Position numbers and translations under genes: made by a program. This document shows, in pieces, positions 25,610 to 37,789 of a stretch of DNA of 64,000 bases. The DNA is taken from NCBI GenBank assembly GCA_030390025.1, contig CM059432.1, forward strand, positions 140,742,001 through 140,806,000. The letters are read 5' to 3'. Below the pieces are notes generated by a model. That model saw nothing but the letters and a program-made list of their open reading frames with translations, was not told where the DNA came from and did no database searches. Position 1 is the stretch's first letter. Each line of letters begins with the position of its first letter. The stretch comes from Squalus acanthias (Eukaryota).

Positions 25610-26172
25610 AACCAATGCACTCCTGGCCGGCCTCCCTAGTTCTACCCTTCATAAACTTGAGGTCATCCAAAACTCTGCCGCCCTATCTCATGTCCTAACT
25701 CGCAGCAAGTCCCACTCACCCATCTCACCTGTGCTCGCTGACCTACATTGACTCCCAGTTAAACAACGCCTCGATTTTAAAATTCTCATCCTTGTTTTCC
25801 AATCCCTCCATGGCCTCGCCCCTCCCTATCTCTGTAACCTCCTCCAGCCCAATAATCCCCCGAGATCTCTGCGCTCTGCCAATTCTGGCCTCTTGAGCAT
25901 CCCCGATTTTAATCGCTCCACCATTGGCGGCCGTGCCTTCAGCTGCCTGGGCCCTAAGCTCTGGAATTCCCTCCCTAAACCTCTCCGCCTCTCTCTCCTC
26001 CTTTAAGATGCTCCTTAAAACCTACCTCTTCGACCAAGCTTTTGGTCATCTGCCCTAACATCTTCTTATGTAGCTCAGTGTCAAATTTTTGTCTTTTCAT
26101 AACGCTCCTCTGAAGCGCCTTGGGACGTTTTACTACATTAAAGGCGCTATATAAATACAAGTTGTTGTTGTT
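25610..26172 (+). mobile_element. L2 LINE 3' fragment
   Basis: IQNSAA / LADLH-type C-terminus, GCGCTATATAAAT and (GTT)n tail. Confidence 0.8.
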
Positions 26173-26262
26173 GAATCGCTTCTGTTGGGGCTAAATAATC
26201 CAGTTCATAAACAAGGGCAAGGTAGAAATTGAACGGTTTCAAGAGCAAAAGAAATAACTGAC

Positions 26263-26308
26263 CTGGCTCTGCTTTCATTGATGCTCAATAAATGTGATTA
26301 GCTTGCAT
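26263..26308 (-). CDS. Candidate 46-nt exon containing a possible start (ATG 26278-26276; MKAEP-G)
   Basis: tgtttgcag|...GAGCCAG|gtcagt; in-frame TGA lies three codons upstream of the ATG; phase-compatible with 23032-23080. Confidence 0.3.
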
Positions 26309-26686
26309 CTGCAAACAGTTACTACTCTTCTTCCCATTGGATCTGGTGGGCCGCAAAGAGTGGCTTTTACAGCTATCACAGATCAAATCCAGACATTATC
26401 TCATTGTTGCGTCAAGCTGCTGAAAACTTTCCAATCCAACCTCTGGCAGCAGATTCAGATTTTGGCCATTGTTTATTTCATGGTTGCAGATTATGGCAGT
26501 GTTCTTTTTGTGCTACCGTGACACGTTGGGCAATTAAAGCGACGTTCGCTTTGATCGCGGTTGAATGTATAAGCGAGGGGTTGTGTGTGGAAAGTGAAAA
26601 TTCACAGATCAGACATTCAGGTTTGCTTTTTCCCCTGTGAGAGCCCCAATCTTGGTTTTGCTCTCTCTAACATTTTAACAAAGTTA

Positions 26687-27373
26687 ATGGGAAATGTTCG
26701 GTTAATTTGCGTCTCCCTAAGAGGGCGCTAACGGGGGGCGCAAAGCAACTAGCGCCCGGGCACGGCGGCGCTGACGCCTCCCGCGTAATTCAGCGGAGGT
26801 TAGCGGCGGCGGCAGCATCCATTAGCGTCCCGCGGTGCTGCGCCTTCGGTGATGACACCATCGCTGTGCGCCGCGCCCCGCTCGCGCCCTGGCCGCGATC
26901 TTCGGTAGCGCCCCCTGACTTACCGCCGGACGCTATGTCCGACAGGGTCAGGGGGGCCTACCTGCGGCCGGGGCGGCGCAAATTAAAGGGGAGGTGCTGG
27001 GCGGCCATTTTTATTGCTGGCCGCCTGCCAGCACCTGCCCCCGTTGCTGTCCCAGCCTCCTGCGGAGCCCCCCCGCGGGGTGCCAGCTGCGCTCCGTGAG
27101 CCCGGCACTCCGATCCCTGGTGGCCCAGCTGGGCCCCGGGTCGCGCTGCGCAAGGCCCCTCCACTTTAATAAGGGGAGAAAAGCCTGCAGTACCGCGGTG
27201 CGACGTGCCGCAGCGCCACATAGCGCCACGATATTCACTCGATGCGCCCCAGGAGGGAGGCAGGGCGCTACCAGTGAATTTCGGGCGTGGGGGTGCTAAC
27301 TTTTTTGGGGCGCTAAAAGAAGCACCCCGGCGAAGTTAGCGCCCCAGAGGGGGCGTGACCCAATTTTGCCCCC
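26687..27373. mobile_element. GC-rich Harbinger-type MITE
   Basis: TTA on both flanks; collinear with 63014-63690. Confidence 0.8.
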
Positions 27374-27391
27374 TTAGAATTTTAAGAGCTC

Positions 27392-30300
27392 ATGGGGTAC
27401 GGAAGCATAGTGGTTATGTTACTGGACTAGTAATCCAGAGGCCTGGACTAATGATCCGGAGACGTGAGTTCAAATCCCACCACAGCAGCTGGGGAATTTA
27501 AATTCAGTTAATTAAATAAATCTGGAATAAAAAGCTAGTGTCAGTCATGGTGACCATGAAACTATCGGATTGTTGTAAAAACCCATCCGGTTCACTAAAG
27601 TCCTTTAGGGAAGGAAATCTGCTGTCTTTACCCGGTCTGGCCTATATGTGACTCCAGACCCACAGCAATGTGGCTGACTCTTAATTGCCCTCTGAAATGG
27701 CCCAGCAAGCCACTCAGTTGTAACAAACTGCTACAGAGAAGTATACATTGACCTCGGCACCGGACATGACAAAGGCACACCCAGCCCAGTCGACCCTGCA
27801 AAGTCCTCCTCACTAATATCTGGGGACTTGTGCCAACATTGGGAGAGCTGTCCCACAGACTAGTCAGGCAACAGCCTGATATAGTCATACTCACAGAATC
27901 ATACCTTTCAGCCAATGTCCCAGATTCCTACATCACCATCCCTGGGTATGTCCTGTCCCACCGGCAGGACAGACCCACCAGGGGTGGAGGCACAGTGGTA
28001 TACAGTCGGGAAGGAGTGGCCATGGGAGTCCTCAACATTGACTCCGGACCCCATGAAGTCTCATAGCTTCAGGTCAAACATGGGGAAGGAAACTCCTGCT
28101 GATTACCTCCTACCGACCTCCCTCAGCTGATGAATCAGTACTCCTCCGTGTTGAACACCACTTGGAAGAAGCACTGAAGGTAGCAAGGGCACAGAATGTA
28201 CTCTGGGTGGGGGGACTTCAATGTCCATCACCAAGAGTGGCTCGGTAGCAGCACTACTGACTGAGCTGGCCGAGTCCTGAAGGACATAGCTGCCAGTCTG
28301 GGCCTGTGACAGGTGGTGAGAGAACCAACACAAGGGAAAAACCTACTTGACCTCGTCCTCACCAATCTACCTGTCGCAGATGCACCTGTCCATGACAGTA
28401 TTGGTAGGAGTGATCACCGCACAGTCATTGTGGAGATAAAGTCCCGTCTTCACATTGAGGACATTCTCCATCATATTGTGTGGCACTATCTCCATGCTAA
28501 CTGAAATAGATTCAGAACAGATGTAGCAGCTCAAAACTGGGCATCCATGAGGCACTGTGGACCATCAGCAACAGCAGAATTGTATTCCACCACAATATGT
28601 AACCTCATGGCCCGGCATATCCCTCACACTATCATTACCATCAAGCCAGGGGATCAGATCCAAGCTTTGCAGTCCTGCCACATCCAGTCGTGAATGGTGG
28701 TGGACAATGAAACAACTAACGGGAGGACGGGGCTCCATGAATATCCCCATTCTCAATGATGGTGGAGCCCAGCACGTGAGTGCAAAAGACAAGGCTGAAG
28801 CATTCGCAACCATCTTCAACCAGAAGTGCTGAGTGGATGATCCATATCGGCCTACTCCTGAGGTCCCCACCATCACAGAAGCCAGTCTTCAGCCAATTCG
28901 ATTCACTCCACATGATATCAAGAAAAGGCTGAGCGCACTGGATACAACAAAGGCTATGGGGCCCAACAACATCCCGGCTATCGTGCTGAAGACTTGTGCT
29001 CCAGAACTGGCCGCGCCTCTAGCCAAGGTGTTCCAGTACAGCTACAACACTGGCATCTATTCAACAAAGTGTAAAACTGCCCAGGTATGTCCTGTCCACA
29101 AAAAGCAGGACAAATCCAATCCGGCCAATTACCGCCCCATCAGTCTACTCTCAATCATCAGCAAAGTGATGGAAGGTATCATCGACAGTGCTATCAAGCG
29201 GCACTGACTCGCCAATAACCTGCTCACTGATGACCAGTTTGGGTTCTGCCAGGATCACTCAGCTCCAGATCTCATTACAGCCTTGGTCCAAACATGGACA
29301 AAGGAGCTGAATTTCAGAGGTGAGGTGAGAGTGACTGCCCTCGACATCAAGGCAGCATTTGACCGAGTGTGGCATCAAGGAGCCCTAGTAAAACTGAAGT
29401 CAATGGGAATCAGGGGAAAGACTCTCCACTGGCTGGAGTTTAACCTAGCACAAAGGAAGATGGCTATGGTTGTTGGAGGCCAATCTTCTCAGCCCCAGGA
29501 CATCGCTGCAGGAGTTCCTCTTGGCGGTGTCCTAGGCCCAACCAACTTCAGCTGCTTCATCAATGACCTTCCCTCCATCATAAGGTCAGAAATGAGGATG
29601 TTCGCTGATGATTGCACAGTGTTCAGTTCCATTCGCAACTCCTCAAATAATGAAGCAGTCTATGCCTGCATACAGCAAGACCTGGACGACATTCAGGCTT
29701 GGGCTGATAAGTGGCAAGTAACTTTCACACCACACAAGTGCCAGGCAATGACTATCACCAACAAGAGAGAGTCTAACCACCTCTCCTTGACATTCAACGG
29801 CATTACCATCGCCAAATCCCCCACCATCAACATCCTGGGGATCACCATTGACCAGAAACTTAACTGGACCAGCCACATAAATACTGTAGCAACAAGAGAA
29901 GGTCAGAGGCTGGGTATTCTGCGGCGAGTGTTTCAACTCCTGACTCCCCAAAGCCTCTCCACCATCTACAAGGCAAAGGCAGGAGTGCGATGGAATACTC
30001 TCCACTTGCCTGGATGAGTGCAGCTCCAACAACACTCAAGAAGCTCGACACCATCCAGGACAAAGCAGCCCGCTTGATCGGCACCCCATCCACCACCTTC
30101 CACATTCACTCCCTCCACCACCGGCGTACCGTGGCTGCAGTGTGTCATTTTTGGCAGTTAACAAAACGTGCAAGTTCCAAAAGACATTCAGCACTCAAAA
30201 GGGTTAATCTGCGCCGTTTCATTTCAGCGATGTGTGCACTGCAGCAACTCGCCAAGGCTTCTTCGGCAGCACCTCCTAAACCTGCGACCTCTTCCACCTA

Positions 30301-30582
30301 GAAGGACAAGGGCAGCAGGCGCATGGGAACACCACCACCTCCAAGTTCCCCTCAAAGTCACATACCATCCTGACTTGGAAGTATATCGCCGATCCTCCAT
30401 CGTCGCTGGGTCAAAATCCTGGAACTACCTCCCTAACAGCATTGTGGGAGCACCATCACCACACAGACTGCAGCGGTTCAAGGAGGCGGATCACCACCAC
30501 CTTCTCAAGGGCAACTAGGGATGGGCAATAAATGCTGGCCTCGTCAGCAACGCCCACATCCCGTGATCGAATATAAAAAAAA
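27392..30582 (+). mobile_element. Zenon/CR1-group LINE (degenerate APE-RT) with tRNA-like SINE head
   Basis: A/B-box-like motifs ~27401-27478; ILTES, SDHRTV, NYRPISLL, LDIKAAFDRVWH, FADD, MEYSPLAW; ends in an A-rich tail; no ORF1. Confidence 0.85.
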
Positions 30583-31235
30583 GCTTACCCACTTCCTTGT
30601 TCGCTGCCTGTGCGAATCTGCGTTTTAATTGGCTGCTAAGACTGCTTGTTGACGACACAGCAGCTTGCACTATGGGATTCCCCCTATACTAAGTTGGTTT
30701 GAATTACACGTCGGAAAACCCAAACTTCTCGACCCAGAGATTGTGAGATCTTTGTGCGAAGCTTACTTCAGGGCCAGTAGACCCGCAAATTCCAGGCCTA
30801 CGTGAACCATGATGCTGAAAGACTGTGTTAGAGCAGGCTTGAAGGCCCAGCTGGTCTATTCCTGTCAATCACTTTCGTATGCAAGGTTATTGGTGAAAGA
30901 GCAGGGGGGGAGTGGGACTAATTGAATAGCTCTTTCAAAGAGTCGGCACAGACAGGACGGGCCGAATGGCCTCCTTCTGTGCTGTATGATTCTATAATAT
31001 GTTCCCCTTCCATATGAACAGCATTGGAGAATAAAACTAATGTCAGATTTTGTAAACATTTTTGTGTCTGGTTTTAACCTTACTAAGCGGTCCTCGTCGA
31101 TCTGTTTATAAAGCATGCAACGGCAGCTGCGCTAATTCACCGTCAGCGATTCAGCAAAATGTCAGGTTAAGAGAGGCAGAAAAAAGTAAACTTCAAACTT
31201 CAGCTAATTATTCTGATTTCAGAAGCAGTCAGGAT

Positions 31236-31421
31236 TGAACTTTGACCTGTTTCTGAGTAACCTGCATTTGCTTTGATAAGATTACCCATGAGGTAGTCAC
31301 AACCGATTAGGAAATCGAGCTGCTGTTGTATCATTTTCTTGGCAACGTGGTATTGATGGCATTATTCACTTAGCAACACAGAATGGCCTATTGTGACATC
31401 ATTGGCTAAGGCTTATAAAAG
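31236..31421 (+). promoter_or_regulatory. Candidate cis-regulatory cluster (DR1, GATA, RFX-like half sites, TGACATCA, ATTGG, TATAAAAG)
   Basis: TGAACTTTGACCT 31236-48; TGATAAGA 31274-81; TGACATCA 31394-401; TATAAAAG 31414-21; lies in non-repetitive DNA. Confidence 0.3.
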
Positions 31422-31734
31422 AGTGTTGGTGAGTAGCTGTTAGCCCTTGCTCTTCCATACTTTGAAAGGTTTCAGCTGTGCACTGTTGGTAATTATGGGA
31501 CTGTAAATTGTTCTGTTTGGTTCCACAGTCTCCAGGAAAATGCAAGTCTCATTATTTGAAGAAGGGAAAAAGGCCCTACTGAAAATCTTCATTGTGCTCT
31601 CGCCAAGAGGTTTAATTATAAATCAGTTTTGTAATTTTTCTCTCCCTGGCTCTGTGATCCCATTATCGATGGCCATTTTAACGTGTTTCAGTTGAACCAC
31701 CCATCCATTTCCTATGCTGTACCTTAATGAAATC

Positions 31735-31990
31735 ACAGAATCATACAGCACAGAAGGAGGCCATTCGGCCCATAGTGCTTGTGCCGGCTCTTTGAAAGAG
31801 CTGTCCTATTAGTCCCACTCCCCCCTGCTTTTTCCACATAGCCCGAACAAATGTTTCCTTTTCAAGTATTTATCCAATTCCCTTTTGAAAGTTACTGATT
31901 GAATCGGCTTCCTCCGCCCTTTCAGGCAGTGCATTCTAGATCATAACAACTCACTGAGTAAAAAAAAAGTAATAATTCTCCTCACTTCCC
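31735..31990 (-). mobile_element. CR1 3' fragment
   Basis: Reverse complement of the common CR1 tail. Confidence 0.75.
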
Positions 31991-33016
31991 CCCTTAATTT
32001 TTTGCTAGGCTTTGCAAGCATTTGGATTCAGAATAAGCTGCAAGTTGGCTTTAATTTTAATACACTTGTGCACAAGACCGAATTTTTCCTCATTGCGTGC
32101 AAATTACGAGCAGCATAATCCTCATCTAAGGTCAAATAGATTCATCATTTTCCACCATTAAGTCAATTATTTCTTGAACTCTTGTGGATGTCTGAGTTCG
32201 AATCTTCTAACTGCTTTATTATATCATTAGAGTACTTTGTTGATCCTGCGCAACTCCATTCAAAACATGGCTCATCTAAGACCTAGTTGGAAAGCAATAA
32301 TGAGCTTCAGGGTACACTTGAGATTTTAATTTGGAATTATAAAGTTCAAAATCTGGTCATCCAATCCCAAATTTGAAATTTGAAACATGGTTGAGCTATG
32401 AATAGGGAGAGACTTCACACTAGAACAATGATCAGCTCTATGCACCTGATCCACCATCAAACGATGAAATTGTGGATTCATATCTTTCACATTCTTAACA
32501 ATATGACCAGGGAAAAACATTGCCATCCACGAAGAAATGACCACACAGCTACCTTGATAACCTTCGTGATTAAATGTTTCCTGCCTGGTGTAGCACTAAG
32601 TCATACAGATTGGAAGGCTGTGTTGAGTTAGCTTATCTGAGCCAAGGCATCAATCATTTGGCACATTAAAATTTCATCTCCATGTCCCCCAGGATCAGTT
32701 AGGAACATAGGAACAGGAAGAGGCCATTCAGCCCCTCAATTCCGATCATTCAATTAGATCGTGGCTGATCTGTATCTCAACCCCATTCACCCACCTTGGT
32801 TCCATATCCCTTAATACCCTTGCCTAACAAAAATCTATCAATCTCATTTTGAACATTTTCATCATTACAGGATCATCAAATGAGGCCATATAGGTTGAAC
32901 TGAAGAACAAAAAAGGGGCAATCACACTGCTGGTAGTATACTATAGACCCCCAAACAGTCAGAGGGAGATAGAAGAGCAAATATGTAGGCAAATTTTTAA
33001 GAAGTGCAAAAACAAT

Positions 33017-33755
33017 GGGCCAGAAATTCAGCTTTCCGGCTTCCTGCGGGTGCAAGCATCGCGCGCGTACTTGCCTACCGCGCCTGCAGTTGTGCTTTGG
33101 GCCCACGAGGACTTCGGGTCCTGGGCCTCCTCCAGCTGCCGGCGCGCAGTGCTCGTGTATCCCAGGGGCGCAGTTAGTTCGAAGCGTCCCCTGGGATCAC
33201 GTGGGCCATGGAGAGCCAATCCTAGCAGGGCATTTTCATTCATAGATTTGACGGGAAGACCTGTCAAATCTATGAATAGAGATCGGCCCCAAAACCACAC
33301 TTAAACTTCAAATAAATTTTTTTATTAAATCACATTTTTAAAATAACTATAAGTTAAATAAATTAACTACTTTAAACAAAAATTTAAATTTTTGAAAAAA
33401 TTAATTATACTTTGTAACAGTGCTAAAAATAAACTTACCTTTCTTTAAAGTATCTAAAAAAGATAAACCTGTTGAAATTTTTTTAAATTGTAATTAATTA
33501 ACCACTTACCTTGTTAAAAACAGGCCTTGCGCCTCCTTTTTAAAAGCGCAGCTTCTTCATACTTACCCTCCCGGAGAAACCTGAAAAAAAAATCGAAGTT
33601 CACTGCGTGCGCGCAGCCTCTCCCGCGCACGCGTTCGTCTTCTGAACCCCTCCCTTCAGGGGAACGGAAGTTCCAGTTTCCCGTGCATGCACAGTGCATG
33701 CAGGAAACCGGCACTTCAGCGCGTACTCACCTGACAACAGCCGAATTTCTGGCCC
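33017..33755. mobile_element. Harbinger-type MITE
   Basis: TIR GGGCCAGAAATTC(A/G)GCT; flanks AAT/ATT; inverted homolog at 50831-51591. Confidence 0.85.
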
Positions 33756-34378
33756 ATTAGGACAGTAATAGTAGGAGATTTCAACTACCCTAATATTAAC
33801 TGGAATCGAATCAGTGTAGAAGGTATAGAGGGCGCAAAATTCTTAAAATGCATTCAGGAGAACTTTTTTAGGCAGTGCGTAGCAAGAGAGGGGCGGTCGG
33901 GGCTTAGTTTTAGGGAATGAAGCTGGGCAGGTAGACGGGGTATCAGTGGGAGAGCATTTTGGTGGTAGTGATCATAATTCAGTTAGATTTAGTATAGTTA
34001 TGGAAAAGGACAAAGATAGACCAGGAATCTTAATTGGGGAAAGGCCATTTTTACTAAGGTGAGATGTGATTTAGCAGAAGTGCACTGGAAACAGCTACTT
34101 GAAGGTAAATCAGTGTCAGAGCAGTGGGAGGCATTCAAAGAGGAGATAGTGAGGGTTCAGAGCAAATATGATCCCACAAAGAAAACGGGCAGGACTCCCA
34201 AATCTCGAGCCCCCTGGATGTCAATGGGCATACAAGGTAGGAGAAGGAAAAAAAGGGAAGCTTATGTCAGATACCGAGAGCTAAATACTGCAGAAAGCCC
34301 AGAGGAGTATTGAAAGTACAGGGGTGAAATTAAAAAGGAAATTAGGAAAGCAAAGAAAGGACATGAAAAGGTATCGGA

Positions 34379-34795
34379 GTGACTGCTGCCAACAAACCGG
34401 AAGCTGCGCAGAAGCGTACTGCGCACTCCAACAACCGGAAGCATGATGTTCTGCTTTTTTAAAAACAATCACGCAAATGAGCTCGCTCCTTTCCCGGCCT
34501 CCCGGCTTTTTCACCAGCTCCCTCCCTTCCTGGCTTTTTCACCAACCCGCTCCCTTCCCAGCTTCCCGCCTTTTTCACCAGCTCACTCCCTTCCTGGCTT
34601 CCCGCCTTTTTCACCAGCCCGCTCCCTTCCCGGCTTCCCGGCTTCTTCACCAGCCCGCTCCCTTCCCGGCTTCCTGGCTTTTTCACCAGCCCGCTCCCTT
34701 CCCGGCTTTTTTAATTTTTTTTTAACGAGTCCGCTCCCATGACAAAGCGGCAGCGCGCATGCACAGACCGCTTCCGGTTCGTTGGCAGCAGTCAC
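34379..34795. mobile_element. MITE with 26-bp TIRs and an internal ~36-bp tandem array
   Basis: GTGACTGCTGCCAAC(A/G)AACCGGAAGC at both ends; about 6 units of CCAGCCCGCTCCCTTCCCGGCTTCCCGGCTTTTTCA at ~34480-34710. Confidence 0.8.
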
Positions 34796-37069
34796 GTCCT
34801 AAAGACAAGGTAGGGCCTATCAGAGACCAAAAAGATAACCTGTGTGTGGAGGCGGAAAACATAGGTGTGGTTCTTAATGAATATTTTGCGTCTATCTTCA
34901 CAAAAGAGAGGGACGATGCAGATATTGTAGTTAAGGAGGAGGAGTGTGAAATATTAAATGAGATAAACATAGTGAGAGAGGAAATATTAAGGGGTTTAGC
35001 ATCTTTGAAAGTAGATAAATCGCCAGGCTCGGATGAAAAGTATCCTAGGCTGTTAAGAGAAGCAAGGGAGGAAATAGCGGAGGCTCTGACCATCATTTTC
35101 CAATCCTCTCTGGCTACAGGTGTGGTGCTGGAGGACTGCTAACGTTGTATTGTTGTTTAAAAAGGGAGAAAGGGATAGACCGAGTAATTACAGGCCAGTC
35201 AGCCTAACCTCGGTGGTGGGCAAATTATTGGAAAAAATTCTGAGGGACCGTATTAATCATCATTTAGAAAGGCACAGATTAATCAAGGACAGTCAGCATG
35301 GATTTGTTAAGGGAAGGTCCTGTCTAACTAATTTGATTGAATTTTTTGAGGAGGTAACAAGGTGGGTCGATGAGGGTAGCGCGTTTGATATAGTCTACGT
35401 GGATTTTAGCAAGGCTTTTGACAAAGTCCCACATGGCAGACTGATCAGAAAAGTAAAAGCCCATGGGATCCAAGGGAAAGTGGCAATTTGGATCCAAAAT
35501 TAGCTCAGTGGCAGGAAGCAAAGGCTAATGGTTGATGGGTGTTTTTGTGACTGGAAGGCTGTTTCCAGTGGGGTTCCACAGGGCTCAGTACTAGGTCCCT
35601 TGCTTTTTGTGGTATATATCAATGATTTAGATTTCAATGTAGGGGGCATGATTAAGAAGTTTGCAGATGGTATAAAAATTGGCCGTGTGGTTGATAGTGA
35701 GGAAGAAAGCTGTAGACTGCAGGAAGATATCAATGGACTGGTCAGGTGGGCAGAACAGTGGCAAATGGAATTCAATCAAGTGCGAGGTAATGCATTTGAG
35801 GAGGGCTAACAAGGCAAGGGAATTCACTATAAATGGTAGGACACTGAGAAGTGTAGAGGAACAGAGGGACTTTGGAGAGCATGTCCACAGATCCCTGAAG
35901 TTAGCAGGACAGGTAGACCAGGTGGTTAAGAAGGCATACGGAATACTTTATTAGCCGAGGCATAGAATGTAAGAGCAGGGAGATTATGTTTGAACTGTGT
36001 AAAACACTAGTTAGGCCACAGCTAGATTACTGCATACAGGTCTGGTCACCACATTACAGGAAGGATGTGATTGCACTAGAGAGGGTGCAGAGGAGATTTA
36101 CAAGGATGTTGCCAGGACTGGAGAATTTTAGCTATGAGGAAAGATTGGATAGGCTGGGGTTGTTTTCTTTGGAACAGAGGAGGCTGAGGGGAGAGTTAAT
36201 TGAGGTGTATAAAATTATGAGGGGCCTAGATAGAGTGGATAGGAAGGACCTATTTCCCTTAGCAGAGAGGTCAATAACCAGGGGGCATAGATTTAAAGTG
36301 ATTGCTAGAAGGATTAGAGGGGAGTTGAGGAGGAATTTTTTCACCCATAGGGTGGTGGGGGTCTGGAACTCACTGCCTGAAAGGGTGGTAGAGGCAGAAA
36401 CTCTCATTGTATTTAAAAAGCACTTGGATATTCACTTGAAGTGCTGTAACCTAAAGGGCTTCGGACCAAGAGCTGGAAAGTGGGATTAGACTGGAGAGCT
36501 CTTTTTCGGCCGGCACAGACACAATGGGCCGAATGGCTTCCTTCTGTGCTGTAAATATCTATGATTCTAAATTTCTATGATTTTCAATTGACCCCCCTCC
36601 AGCCTCAATAGCATTTTGGGGTGAGAGAGTTCCAGATTTCCACTACCCTTTGTGTGAAGAAGTGCTTCCTGACATCACCCCTGAACGGCCTGGCTCTAAA
36701 TTTAAGGTTATGCCCCCCTTGTTCTGGACTCCCCCCACTGGAGGAAATAGTTTATCTCTATCTACCCTTCAAATCCTTTAATCGTCTTAAACATTTAGTT
36801 GCGGGTGTGGTGGGGAAGGGACAGAAGGCTATCAGCCAGGGTTCCTACTCCTAATGACTCCTGTAGGAAAGTACTTTTGGACGTCAGGTAAGAACAGAAG
36901 CTCATTCTGATACTCTCCATGATCATACAACCTGTCTCGGCTCAGAGATGGAGAATGACTCGGAGAGGTACCAGGAGACTGTTAGCGCACAACAGAACAA
37001 AGAGAGGAGGAGGAGAAGGGAAATAGAAATAGGCAAAAAAAGGTGTCAAAAAGACAATGAAAAATATTA

Positions 37070-37415
37070 TCATAGAATCATACAACATAAAAGGAGGCCG
37101 TTCAGTCCATCATGCAGCTGCCAATTCCCTTTTGGAAGTTATTATTGAATCTGCTTCCACCATCATTTCAGGCAGTGCATTCCAGATCACAAAACCTCGC
37201 TAAGTAAAAAATTGTCTCCTCATCTCCCCCTCTGGTTCTTTTGCCAATTACCTTAAATCTGTGTCCTCTGGTTACCGACCCTTCTGCCACTGGAAACAGT
37301 TTCCCCTTATTTACTCTATCAAAACCCTTCATAATTTTGAACACCTCTATTAAATCTCCCCTTAACCTTCTCTGCTCTAAGGAGAACAACCCCAGCTTCT
37401 CTAATATCTCCACAT
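37070..37415 (-). mobile_element. CR1 3' fragment
   Basis: LGLFSLEQRRLRGDLIEVFK. Confidence 0.85.
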
Positions 37416-37789
37416 AGCTGAATTACTCAGAAAAAAAGCAATGATTACCGAACACGCACTGCCAGGAGCATCCTCCGACACTTGCCAAAAGGGTGTTGTA
37501 CATGTGCAAAAGAACATTTTGTCTCTATTTGTGTTTGGATTCTTGCAAAAACAACAACAACAAAATCCAAGTTGGCTCATTTAAGATGTGAGGCAATCCT
37601 TCCTACAAAAGGCTAAGATGGACGACAGAAAATAACTGACCACTCCATACCTGCAGTCACCAGTTTCTTTGTGAGAGTTCGAAATTCTCAGCTCCTCACT
37701 GCAAGTGAAACTTAATGACTAAGAAATAATTCTGAACACATCAACAAAAGTTGACCTAACTTACACAGTATAACATAGAAGGACCCAAC

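Larger units (their letters stand above)
32875..36580 (+). mobile_element. CR1 ORF2 remnant with two nested DNA elements, itself inside an older minus-strand CR1 tail (~32700-32860 / 36583-36795)
   Basis: APE and RT motifs in ORFs 34059-36489; CR1 3' tail. Confidence 0.92.

Noticed and set aside
26285..26287. In-frame TGA as a selenocysteine codon
   Set aside because: No SECIS or homology evidence; more simply a 5'UTR stop or not an exon at all
26707..27299. GC-rich ORFs as protein-coding genes (also 63084-63814, 33015-33304, 34443-34795)
   Set aside because: Open in several frames on both strands inside TIR elements; artefact of high GC or tandem repeats
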